Source: an uncultured Bacteroidota bacterium
GTDB taxonomy: Bacteria; Bacteroidota; Ignavibacteria; Kryptoniales; JAKASW01
Reading direction: 5' to 3'
Assembly (NCBI GenBank): GCA_963703365.1
Contig: OY969815.1
Location: forward strand, 3,080,577-3,144,576
Length of the DNA stretch: 64,000 nt
Shown here: positions 54,093 through 63,120 of the stretch, piece by piece
Layout of the letters: every line of letters begins with the position of its first letter
How positions within the stretch are numbered: the first letter of the stretch is position 1
The notes under the pieces: model-generated
What the model saw: only the letters and a program-made list of their open reading frames with translations
Told to the model about the DNA's origin: nothing
Databases searched by the model: none
Position numbers and translations under genes: made by a program

Positions 54093-55106
54093 TTATTCAG
54101 CCTTCACTTTTAATCTTCCGATTGCGGTTTCAATGAGTTTACTAATGTTATGGTTCACCACTTCTTCTGCGCGCAGCACCATATTTTTCACTGCCAAGGT
54201 TGTCGAGCCGCCATGGCCTATTATGGACACGCCTTTCACGCCGAGGAGCGGCGCTCCACCTTGTGTCTCATAACTGAATCCGCTCAAAACTTTTTTAATT
54301 GTCCTCGACATAAGCCCTGCCCAGATTGTTTTGAAAATGTTTTCCGATGCATAATGTTCAAATCTTGTCCTCAAGACCGGCAGAAAACTTTCGGCGAATT
54401 TCAAAACTATGTTGCCGACAAAACCATCTGTCAGCACAATGTCGGCTTTGCCCATCAAAATATCTCTGCCCTCGATATTGCCGATAAAATTCAAACCACT
54501 TTTTTCGAGAAGCGGATATGAAGCTTGCGCGAGTTCGTTTCCTTTAGATCTTTCTTCGCCGATGTTTAGCAAGCCGACAGTCGGGTTTTCTTTCTTCTGA
54601 ATTTCCCTTGCATAAATTGATCCCATCAAGCCGAACTCAACAAGATGCTGTGGCCTACAATCCGAATTCGCACCCGCGTCGAGTAATAAACAAACACCAT
54701 TATTTACCGTGGGAAGCGGTGTGCCTATTGTCGGGCGGCTTACGCCTTTGGTGCGTCCGAGGATCAATGTCGTTGCGGACATCACTGCGCCGGTGTTGCC
54801 GGCACTCACGAACGCATCCACGTTGCCTTTGCTATGAAGATTCATTCCGACGACGATCGACGAGTCTCGTTTTTCTTTTATTGTCGTGTTCGGCGGTTCG
54901 TGCATCTCGATAACTTCGCGAGCATCGACGATGGAATAGTTCAACCCCGCAGCGGAATGACGAAAAATTTCTTTTTGTATTTCTTCCTTGCGGCCAACAA
55001 GCACAAGTTCAAAACGATTGTTCGATTCCTTGAGGGCTTGCAATCCGCCTTCGACGATCTTGAGCGGCGCTTGATCACCGCCCATCGCATCAAGTGCAAT
55101 TCGCAT
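54093..55106 (-). CDS. plsX: Phosphate acyltransferase PlsX
   Basis: MRIALDAMGGDQAP and SAGNTGA are present. Its position between rpmF and fabH is conserved. Confidence 0.95.
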   Translation of the reverse strand: MRIALDAMGGDQAPLKIVEGGLQALKESNNRFELVLVGRKEEIQKEIFRHSAAGLNYSIVDAREVIEMHEPPNTTIKEKRDSSIVVGMNLHSKGNVDAFVSAGNTGAVMSATTLILGRTKGVSRPTIGTPLPTVNNGVCLLLDAGANSDCRPQHLVEFGLMGSIYAREIQKKENPTVGLLNIGEERSKGNELAQASYPLLEKSGLNFIGNIEGRDILMGKADIVLTDGFVGNIVLKFAESFLPVLRTRFEHYASENIFKTIWAGLMSRTIKKVLSGFSYETQGGAPLLGVKGVSIIGHGGSTTLAVKNMVLRAEEVVNHNISKLIETAIGRLKVKAE

Positions 55107-55213
55107 TCTAAAATTGACTGGTAGCTGTTGGCTGAGGATTAATGGCTAATGACATAAAGAATTTTAAATTTTGAATTCTTAATTCAAAATTCACAATTCG
55201 AATCTGCTCTTAG

Positions 55214-55396
55214 CTAAGCGCTCTTAGGAATGAAAGCGACTCTTCCGCTGTAATAGCCGCAGTTCGGACAAGCGCGATGCGGAAGCTTGGGTTCGTGGCA
55301 ATGTGGACATTCTGAAATCGTAGGAGCAGACGCTTTGTAATGAGTTCTTCTCTTGGCTCCTCTTGATTTAGAATGTCTTCGTTTCGGATTAGGCAT
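55214..55396 (-). CDS. rpmF: 50S ribosomal protein L32
   Basis: The 60-aa product is [21 protein letters not shown]...[20 protein letters not shown]. Confidence 0.95.
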   Translation of the reverse strand: MPNPKRRHSKSRGAKRRTHYKASAPTISECPHCHEPKLPHRACPNCGYYSGRVAFIPKSA

Positions 55397-55477
55397 TTTT
55401 CTTCTTCCTCATAAAATGTTTTTTATTATGAAAGTCAAAATTCAAAGTAAGAGTCTGTGCCATTAAGTCTTGAGATT

Positions 55478-55978
55478 TCAGTTTGACTCTCGACTTTTAA
55501 TTAGCTTTTTCCATCTCGGATCAATTTCATCTTCGCTGCAAGTGCAGGTTTCGTAGTTCAAGTTTTTACCGCAGGTTGCACAAAGTCCCGCACAATTTTC
55601 TTTGCAAACAAGTTTTAATGGAACCGAGATGAGAATGTATTGCCTCACGTCTTCATCTATTTCAATCTCGTTCGTACTTGGATGAATCACGATGATCTCA
55701 TCCTTGTCGATTTCCCCGGCGTCATTCCGGTTATAAACATAAGTCATTCTATAATCGACGCTCAAGTCTTTCTCAAACTCCGTTAGACAGCGATCACAAA
55801 CGAACTTGCCAGACGTTTTAACATGTCCGGTTAAAAAAAGCTGTCTTCGCCGTTTTTCAAGCTCAGCCTTAACAAAGACCTCTTTTGAAAATCGTTCATC
55901 CAGCTTAACGGAGGAAGGAGATTCCTCAAATTCGTACTCGTGAATTCCTTCCGAGAGGTTCGAAATATTTATTTTCAT
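55478..55978 (-). CDS. yceD: YceD/DUF177 family protein (23S rRNA accumulation / ribosome maturation)
   Basis: The 166-aa product has Cys pairs (CDRCL..., CKENCAGLCATCGKNLN). Its position upstream of rpmF is conserved. Confidence 0.8.
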   Translation of the reverse strand: MKINISNLSEGIHEYEFEESPSSVKLDERFSKEVFVKAELEKRRRQLFLTGHVKTSGKFVCDRCLTEFEKDLSVDYRMTYVYNRNDAGEIDKDEIIVIHPSTNEIEIDEDVRQYILISVPLKLVCKENCAGLCATCGKNLNYETCTCSEDEIDPRWKKLIKSRESN

Positions 55979-56156
55979 TCGAATTCCTCCTCAAGGTTTT
56001 AAAATAACACAGCAAAATCGTCTCTCCGTCTATCATATAAAGAGAGTTGAAAAAAGCATGTTAATATAACAGGAGGAGGCAAGTTAAGCAAGAAACGGGT
56101 TGAGGATGCGATTCTAACGATTAATTTAAGCTGGTGAATGGTTAGATGAAGTTATT

Positions 56157-56459
56157 TTATATTTTGTAATCGACTACCCTTCTCTCATCTCTCGCCTCGC
56201 AGATGAAAGGCATTATCGCCTTGTGTTCCGGATGATTTTGATAATTTTTCAGATCATCTTTCGATTCAAATTCAGAATACAAAACAATATCTCTGCTCTC
56301 CTCTGAATTTGAGAAATCGATTCCGACTTCCAACTTCAGCAAGCCGGGAATTTTCCCATTCAAAGATTCCAATTTTTCTTTTATTAATTTTGCATTCACC
56401 CTCTTTACATTTCCACGAGCTTGATCTTTCAACTTCCACATTACAATGTGCTTGACCAT
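56157..56459 (-). CDS. Stress-responsive alpha/beta-barrel (Dabb) domain protein
   Basis: The 100-aa product contains MVKHIVMWKLKD...DIVLYSEFESKDDLKNYQNHPEH, typical of the Dabb family. Confidence 0.75.
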   Translation of the reverse strand: MVKHIVMWKLKDQARGNVKRVNAKLIKEKLESLNGKIPGLLKLEVGIDFSNSEESRDIVLYSEFESKDDLKNYQNHPEHKAIMPFICEARDERRVVDYKI

Positions 56460-56484
56460 TCATTGGGCCTTTTATTTTTCTTTG

Positions 56485-57780
56485 TTAATTATCTATTATC
56501 CCGGTTTCTCGGATCCTTTCCGCTCTGCCGATAGACCATTTCAATAAAGGTGGAGTCAAGAAAGTTGTCACCATGACCATAACGACAATTGCAGAAAAGA
56601 TTTCGTCATTGAATACTCCCAATGATTTGCCGATACCGGCAAAAATTAATTCGACCTCTCCTCTCGGAATCATTCCGATTCCAACCGTCAAACGATCGAC
56701 ACCTTTCTGGTTGATGACCAATCCACACGCCTGCTTGCCGATTATGGCCGCAGCAACAAGTCCGCATGAAATCCCAAGAACGGACGGTACAAGAAAGCTT
56801 TCTAAATGAACTTGAATCCCGATCTGGACAAAAAAAATCGGCACAAGCAAAGTCGAAACTGGACTGATGAGGTCTTTAATTCCAGCACTACTCTCGAAAT
56901 CTCTAAAATGAATTTCTTCGAGCACTAAACCTCCGGCAAACGCGCCGACGATTGGCGCAAGCCCGGCCAATCCTGCAAGAGCCGCAAGCCCGAAACAAAT
57001 TATCAGCGCCGTAATCAACATGAGGCCATGAGTTCTGAACCTGGCCGCCAATCTGACCAAACGTGGAATCAAAAGAGAACCGATAACCAAAGCTCCGATT
57101 AAAAATCCAATTGCGACCAAAGTCAATTTTGCAATTCCAAGGAAGGAAAGGACGATTCCGGTTTCAGCAGAAGCGACAAACGCCGAAACTGAAGCTAGAA
57201 TTATCAATCCCAGGACATCGTCTACGACCGCCGCACCGAGAACAATTCGGGCCTCGGTCAAATGTGACTTGCCAATATCATGGAAGACTCGCGCAGTTAT
57301 CCCGACGCTCGTCGCGCATAGCGCCGCCCCGATAAACATGTGGATGTAATGAATGTTGAAATTTGGAGAGATATCCAAGATTTGCTTTGGTACCTCCCTG
57401 ACAAGAAATGTTGAAACAAAATAGCCCAGAATAAATGAGGCAATAACACCAACGGTTGCCACAAAGAATGATAAGGCCCCGACACGCCGCATGTCCTTCA
57501 CGCTTGATTCCAATCCGACTTCGAAGAGAAGAAGAATAATCCCGAGCTGTGCCAGCATGCCGATGTTGATAGCAGCATGATCCGCGATGGCCGGCTCTCT
57601 CATCGGCTCAAGAAAATTCCACCCGTGATTTAGAAGAATGAGATTTCCAAGAATCACGCCGGCGAAAAGTTCTCCTAGGACCGCCGGCTGTTTCATGCGT
57701 TCGAAAATCTCTGCACCGATCTTTGCGGCGGTGAGAATTACGACCAGGTAAAGAAGGACTTTTATCAGCTCATGGTTCAT
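56485..57780 (-). CDS. Cation:proton antiporter (CPA2/Kef-type membrane domain, no RCK domain)
   Basis: It has about 12 TM helices. The N-terminus QPAVLGELFAGVILG is typical of the Na_H_exchanger family. Confidence 0.85.
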   Translation of the reverse strand: MNHELIKVLLYLVVILTAAKIGAEIFERMKQPAVLGELFAGVILGNLILLNHGWNFLEPMREPAIADHAAINIGMLAQLGIILLLFEVGLESSVKDMRRVGALSFFVATVGVIASFILGYFVSTFLVREVPKQILDISPNFNIHYIHMFIGAALCATSVGITARVFHDIGKSHLTEARIVLGAAVVDDVLGLIILASVSAFVASAETGIVLSFLGIAKLTLVAIGFLIGALVIGSLLIPRLVRLAARFRTHGLMLITALIICFGLAALAGLAGLAPIVGAFAGGLVLEEIHFRDFESSAGIKDLISPVSTLLVPIFFVQIGIQVHLESFLVPSVLGISCGLVAAAIIGKQACGLVINQKGVDRLTVGIGMIPRGEVELIFAGIGKSLGVFNDEIFSAIVVMVMVTTFLTPPLLKWSIGRAERIRETGIIDN

Positions 57781-57796
57781 GGCTCATGGTCAGCAA

Positions 57797-58591
57797 TTAG
57801 CTATTCGCGGCTTTTACGAAATCCTTCAGCCGTTTACTATCTACAGGATTTGACGTGATGCCGCCGACTTTAATTGACGTTCCCACAATAATGCTGTTAG
57901 CATATTTCAATAGCTTCTTTGCATTCGCTGCTTTTGCGCCGCTTCCGATGATTATCTTTGCACTCGGGAATTCTTTACGAAGCCGTTGCAGCTCGCGAAA
58001 ATCCACCGCAGTTCCTGTACGGGCTCCGGTAATGATTATCGCGTCAGCAAGTCCTCTCTCGAGCGCATCTCTCGCTTGAAGTCTTATATCATAATCTCCA
58101 AGTTGAGATGAATGCTTTACACCAACATCCGCAAATATCTTAACATCGGAATTTAAGTTTTTTCTGAGCCGCAAGGTTTCGTATGCCTGGCCTTGAATTA
58201 TTCCTTGGTCGGCAATGACAGCGCCGACGTGAACATTCACGCGAATAAATTCCGCTCCAACAACCTTGGCAATACTGAGAGCTGCTTCGGTATCGTTCCG
58301 CAAGACATTAATCCCGAAACGAACTTCCGGAAACTGTTTCCTGAGTTCGTGCGCGATGAGAGTCATTGATGAGGTAGTTACCGGCGGGACTTTGCCCCCT
58401 GTAAATGGAGCATCGCCGAAATTTTCTATGATGGCACTATCTACTCCGCTATCGTGGTAAGTTTTGCAGTCTTGTAGTGCACGTTCCAATATTGTTTCGA
58501 TCGATGCACCGAAATTCGGCGAGCCGGGAAGAGGAAGGAGATGTATTACGCCGATGATTTTCGAAATCGATTCGAGCGATGATAACGTCAT
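57797..58591 (-). CDS. BtpA/SgcQ family TIM-barrel protein
   Basis: The 264-aa product carries GVIHLLPLPGSP...ENFGDAPF..., typical of the BtpA family. Confidence 0.8.
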   Translation of the reverse strand: MTLSSLESISKIIGVIHLLPLPGSPNFGASIETILERALQDCKTYHDSGVDSAIIENFGDAPFTGGKVPPVTTSSMTLIAHELRKQFPEVRFGINVLRNDTEAALSIAKVVGAEFIRVNVHVGAVIADQGIIQGQAYETLRLRKNLNSDVKIFADVGVKHSSQLGDYDIRLQARDALERGLADAIIITGARTGTAVDFRELQRLRKEFPSAKIIIGSGAKAANAKKLLKYANSIIVGTSIKVGGITSNPVDSKRLKDFVKAANS

Positions 58592-58740
58592 TCGTGCTGT
58601 AACAGCTGAGATTCTACATCCTCCGACGTAAGTTCCTCCTCTTCATCTACAAACTCCAATTCCTCGACCGTCTTGACCACTAAATAAGCGATCCCGGCAG
58701 CTATTGCCGCCGCACTAACTATTAGTATTAATTTTTTCAT
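58588..58740 (-). CDS. Possible 50-aa small membrane protein (TM helix plus acidic tail)
   Basis: It is not in the ORF track (under 60 aa). My translation is MKKLILIVSAAAIAAGIAYLVVKTVEELEFVDEEEELTSEDVESQLLQHE*. The start overlaps the ackA 3' end by 26 nt, and the stop overlaps the btpA start (ATGA). Confidence 0.3.
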   Translation of the reverse strand: MKKLILIVSAAAIAAGIAYLVVKTVEELEFVDEEEELTSEDVESQLLQHE

Positions 58741-60019
58741 GCTCCACCTTTTTCAAAGAAATATTGTCTCCAAAACGTTCCCCGCGTACGGTATCTCCGA
58801 TGGGATGAGACGATGGACGCTTTGCGGACTTAACGATTCGCATTGTATCGAGCGCAATTACCAATTCTTCGTTCGTAGGCAAAGCAAAAACTTTCACTTT
58901 CGAAGAACTGTCGCTTATAAGTTTTTCTTTATCCGCGGAATTATTTTTTTCGTCATCAATTTTGATTCCGAGGTATTCCATTCCTCGGCAGCTCTCCGCT
59001 CTGACGTCAGGGCTATTTTCTCCGATGCCGCCGGTAAAAACTATTGCATCCAATCCGCCCATGGCGGCAGTGTATGAGCCGATATATTTTTTTATGCGAT
59101 ATGAAAAAACCTGAAACGCAAGTTCTGCTTGTTTGTTCCCGTTCTTCTTTTCGGAAATAATTTCGCGCATGTCGCTGGTCAATCCTGAAATTCCTAGGAG
59201 TCCGCTGTGCTTGTTAAGAAGCGTGTTGGCTTCGGCAAGAGAAAGTCCTTCTCGCCCGACGATGTGCAATATTATCGAAGGGTCGAGGTCCCCGCTGCGC
59301 GTTCCCATGAGTAAACCTTCGAGTGGAGTAAAACCCATCGACGTATCGATAGAAACTCCTCCATCGACAGCGGCCATGCTGCAGCCGTTGCCGAGGTGTG
59401 CGGTGATAATTTTCAATTGGTTGATCGGCTTGCCGATAATTTTCGCCGCCTTGTTTGACACATAGTAATGCGATGTACCATGAAAGCCGTAGCGGCGAAT
59501 TTTGTATCGTCTGTAAAGAAGGTATGGGATACCGTATAAAAATGCACGAGGCGGCATTCCTTGATGAAATGCTGTATCGAAGACTGCTACTTGCGGCGTG
59601 CCGGGCATGTGTTTCATAACAGCTTGTATGCCACGTAAGTTGTGAGGATTATGAAGCGGTGCAAGCTCGATGTTCTCGCGTATCTCGTCTATAACTTTTT
59701 CATCGATGAGCACGCTTTCCGAAAAACTTTCGCCACCGTGTACCACTCTATGACCTACGGCTTCAATTTCGGATTTGTCCTGAATTACTCCGTGGTTCTT
59801 GCTTAACAGAACTGCGAGGACGTATTCGATAGCCGTCTGGTGGTCGAGAACTTCTGCACTCATCTTTACTTTGTCTCCGTCGTACCGCTCGTGCGTGATG
59901 ACTGAATCGCTCATTCCGACGCGGTCGATAACTCCCTTCGCGAGGATCGATTGATCATCGACATTTATAAACTGGTATTTTACAGACGAGCTTCCGGAAT
60001 TTAATACAAGAATTTTCAT
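58715..60019 (-). CDS. ackA: Acetate kinase
   Basis: MKILVLNSGSSSVKYQ, GHRVVHGG, RYGFHGTSH and FTGGIGEN are present. A ~35-aa C-terminal tail extends beyond the usual end. Confidence 0.95.
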   Translation of the reverse strand: MKILVLNSGSSSVKYQFINVDDQSILAKGVIDRVGMSDSVITHERYDGDKVKMSAEVLDHQTAIEYVLAVLLSKNHGVIQDKSEIEAVGHRVVHGGESFSESVLIDEKVIDEIRENIELAPLHNPHNLRGIQAVMKHMPGTPQVAVFDTAFHQGMPPRAFLYGIPYLLYRRYKIRRYGFHGTSHYYVSNKAAKIIGKPINQLKIITAHLGNGCSMAAVDGGVSIDTSMGFTPLEGLLMGTRSGDLDPSIILHIVGREGLSLAEANTLLNKHSGLLGISGLTSDMREIISEKKNGNKQAELAFQVFSYRIKKYIGSYTAAMGGLDAIVFTGGIGENSPDVRAESCRGMEYLGIKIDDEKNNSADKEKLISDSSSKVKVFALPTNEELVIALDTMRIVKSAKRPSSHPIGDTVRGERFGDNISLKKVEHEKINTNS

Positions 60020-60056
60020 TTCAACTTTCTATTCGTATTATGAAAATAGCTTTTGG

Positions 60057-60998
60057 CTATTTCTGGTTCTCTATTCTTTTACCAGACTCATCGTACTTAA
60101 AGAATCCCTGACCGGTTTTCTTGCCGAGGTTGCTTTCGCGAACTTTTCGTCGAAGGATCGCACTTGCGCGGTACTGTGGAGTGCCAAGTTCATGGTACAG
60201 TGTATCAAGCCACGTCAGCACTTCATCCAATCCCATCGTATCTGCCATTTCAAGCGGGCCCACGTTCAATCCATAGCCAAGTCTTATTGCCGTATCGATT
60301 CCTTCAGCTGTCGCAATCCCCTCCAACAAAACTTGCATCGCTTCATTAAGCATCGGTAGGATCACCCTTGTCGTCACGAAGCCCGGATACTCAAAAACTT
60401 CCACGACAGTCTTGCCTAAGTCTTCTGCAAACTTTTTTATTTTTTTAAAAGTATCATCATTGGTTTTGAGTGCTCTGACGATTTCAACGAGCGGCACTTT
60501 TGAAACTGGATTCAAGAAGTGCATCCCGATAATTTTGTCCGGGCGGGAAGTTACCTCGGCAAGTTTTGTCAGGCTGAGGGTCGCGGTGTTGGAAACGAAC
60601 ATCGTATTCGGATTGCAAATCTTGTCAAGCTGCTTGAAAATCGCTTTCTTGGAGGAGAAATCTTCCTCGATTGCCTCGATCACCAGATCACACTCGGCAA
60701 CATCGGTAAGCTCGATCGATAATTTTACCCGGGCAAGGATTGCTCTCTTTTCACTTTTGGTCAGTGCCCACCGTTCAATCTCCTGATCAAGCATCTCGGA
60801 AAGTTTCTGCTTGCATTTCTCCGCCATTTCTTCGTCGCGCTCAATAAGAAGCACGTCGATACCGACGGTTGCTGCAGTTTGAGCGATTCCTCTTCCCATG
60901 AGTCCGCCACCGACAATCGCAATGTAACCGGCTCGCTCGGCTTCGGGTTGATTGTGTGTGATATTAAAAATTTCAGTTATTGATTCTTCACGTGCCAT
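60057..60998 (-). CDS. hbd: 3-hydroxyacyl-CoA / 3-hydroxybutyryl-CoA dehydrogenase
   Basis: It has the N-terminal Rossmann motif IAIVGGGLMGRGIA, a HFLNPV motif and the C-terminal 3HCDH domain. Confidence 0.85.
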   Translation of the reverse strand: MAREESITEIFNITHNQPEAERAGYIAIVGGGLMGRGIAQTAATVGIDVLLIERDEEMAEKCKQKLSEMLDQEIERWALTKSEKRAILARVKLSIELTDVAECDLVIEAIEEDFSSKKAIFKQLDKICNPNTMFVSNTATLSLTKLAEVTSRPDKIIGMHFLNPVSKVPLVEIVRALKTNDDTFKKIKKFAEDLGKTVVEVFEYPGFVTTRVILPMLNEAMQVLLEGIATAEGIDTAIRLGYGLNVGPLEMADTMGLDEVLTWLDTLYHELGTPQYRASAILRRKVRESNLGKKTGQGFFKYDESGKRIENQK

Positions 60999-61280
60999 AA
61001 TGTACCTGTTAAATTAGAAAATGATAAACTGCGAATCAATGACGGCAAAGTTTCTATCGGAAATTAGTAAGGAAAGTTTAATCGCAAAGAGAACCACGAC
61101 AAGGAATTTTCGGCATAAATTGTTTACGTGCCTGGGCATTCTCGGCGGTTAGAATTTTTCTATTGGCTTCCGCTTTTGCCGATGTGCGCTTTGCGCCATG
61201 TCATACGTCTGCGAATCATGGATGGTTTAAGAGGCATATGAACAATCAGCTGTGAGTCAGGAGCGATTAGCTGTGTTCCA

Positions 61281-63101
61281 TTAAGAAATAGCGAACTCCT
61301 TTTCCTTTTTCCCATCTCCATTCGAATTCCACGCAAACAATCCGCGGTTTTTATAAGAAGTATGAAGAAGATGGTGAGACATCTGACCCATCGGCTCCTT
61401 TAGGAAATCTTTGTAAAGAGCCACAATTTCCGGATTCTCGTGCGACTTGCGAATCGGTTTGCCGGCATCTTCTTCGTAAATAGATTTGGCACGTTTCTTT
61501 CTGATTTCCAACGTCGTGGGGATTGGTTGGCCGCCGCCGCCGATACACCCGCCGGGACATGTCATAATTTCAATGAACGCGTACGGTGATTCTCCTTTTT
61601 CAGTTTGCTCTAAAAGTCGCCGTGCGTTTTTCAATGTATGTGCAACAGCGACCTTTAACTTTGTGCCCTTCATATCAACTTCAGCTTCTTTGATTCCTTC
61701 CATTCCACGAACAGCGGTGAAGTTGATGTCCGCGAGCGGAGTACCGGTAACAACTTCATAAGCTGTCCTGAGCGCAGCTTCCATCACGCCGCCGGTTGCA
61801 CCGAAGATTACAGCAGCGCCAGTTGACTCGCCTAACGGGCTATCAAATTCTTCGGCAGGAAGAGTGGAAAACCGGATACCGGATTGCTTAAACATCCGCG
61901 CAAGCTCGCGCGTTGTCAGTACATAATCGACATCATAAAACTCATCGTCATCGGACCACGACTTTTTCTCTTTCCAATATTCGAATGCGTTATTCATCTC
62001 CGGTCGCTTTGCTTCATACTTTTTTGCCGTGCAGGGCATAATCGAAACGACAACCATCTTCCTCGGATCGATACCGGTCTTCGCTGCATAATATGTTTTC
62101 GCGACAGCTCCGAACATTTGTTGCGGCGATTTGCAGGTGGAAAGATGGGCTAAAGATTTAGGAAAGAAATGTTCAGCGAACTTTATCCATCCCGGTGAAC
62201 ATGAAGTTATCATGGGTAGAACGCCGCCATTAGTGAGTCGCTTAATTAGCTCGTGCCCTTCCTCCATTATTGTTAAGTCGGCAGCAAACTGTGTATCGAA
62301 AATTTTGTCGAAGCCGAGCCGCCGCAAGCCGGACACCATTTGTCCTGTGACGAGTGCACCGGCTTGCATTCCCATTGCCTCACCGACTCCAACACGAATC
62401 GCCGGAGCAGTCTGTACCACCACGACTTTTTCCGGATTCAAAATCTCTTCGAAAACCTTGTCCGTATCGTCGCGCTCAACAATTGCGCCGGTTGGGCAAA
62501 CTAATGCGCACTGTCCGCAATTCGTGCAAGCAACATTTCCAAGTCCTTTGTCCAAATATGTCGATACTTTGCTCCTTGTGCTACGTTTGGTAATATCAAT
62601 TGCATAAACTGTTTGAACATTGGCACAAACTGCAACGCATCTTCCGCAGAGGATACACTTATTCGGATCGCGAATAATTGATGGAGAAGTCATATCGAAC
62701 TCTTCCACCAGTTTAGTCCGAACAAATCGGTCTCCCTTCACACCGAGATCGGCGGCAATCGTCTGAAGCTCACAGTTCTGATTTCGCAAACATGAGAGAC
62801 AATCTTGAGGATGATTTGCAAGCAACAGTTCGACATTGGTTTTCCTTGCCTCGCGAATTCGCTGCGTGTTTGTTATGATCTCGATTCCTTCATGAACACA
62901 AGTTGAGCATGAACGAACGAGCGAACGGGCACCTTTGACTTCCACCAGGCAAACGCCGCACGAAGCATTATGCGAAACGCCTTCAAGAAAACACAATGTT
63001 GGAATTCTGATTCCCGCTTGCGCACAGGCATCAAGCATTGTTGTGCCATCATGTGTCTGGAGGTCGATGCCGTTGATTTTTATATTGACTATATTTTCCA
63101 T
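61281..63101 (-). CDS. hydA: [FeFe]-hydrogenase catalytic subunit (2Fe-2S + His-ligated 4Fe-4S + 2x4Fe-4S + H-domain + SSU-like tail)
   Basis: The H-cluster motifs are L1 TSCSPGW (a variant), L2 MPCTAKKYE and L3 EIMTCPGGCIGGGGQP. The N-terminal F-cluster motifs are CGVCLVEV, HPQDCLSC, CILCGRCVAVC and CTNCGQCALVCP. I chose the start at MENIV (ATG 63101), after AAAGGAG. Confidence 0.9.
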   Translation of the reverse strand: MENIVNIKINGIDLQTHDGTTMLDACAQAGIRIPTLCFLEGVSHNASCGVCLVEVKGARSLVRSCSTCVHEGIEIITNTQRIREARKTNVELLLANHPQDCLSCLRNQNCELQTIAADLGVKGDRFVRTKLVEEFDMTSPSIIRDPNKCILCGRCVAVCANVQTVYAIDITKRSTRSKVSTYLDKGLGNVACTNCGQCALVCPTGAIVERDDTDKVFEEILNPEKVVVVQTAPAIRVGVGEAMGMQAGALVTGQMVSGLRRLGFDKIFDTQFAADLTIMEEGHELIKRLTNGGVLPMITSCSPGWIKFAEHFFPKSLAHLSTCKSPQQMFGAVAKTYYAAKTGIDPRKMVVVSIMPCTAKKYEAKRPEMNNAFEYWKEKKSWSDDDEFYDVDYVLTTRELARMFKQSGIRFSTLPAEEFDSPLGESTGAAVIFGATGGVMEAALRTAYEVVTGTPLADINFTAVRGMEGIKEAEVDMKGTKLKVAVAHTLKNARRLLEQTEKGESPYAFIEIMTCPGGCIGGGGQPIPTTLEIRKKRAKSIYEEDAGKPIRKSHENPEIVALYKDFLKEPMGQMSHHLLHTSYKNRGLFAWNSNGDGKKEKEFAIS

Positions 63102-63120
63102 TAAAAATTCTCCTTTTGGA

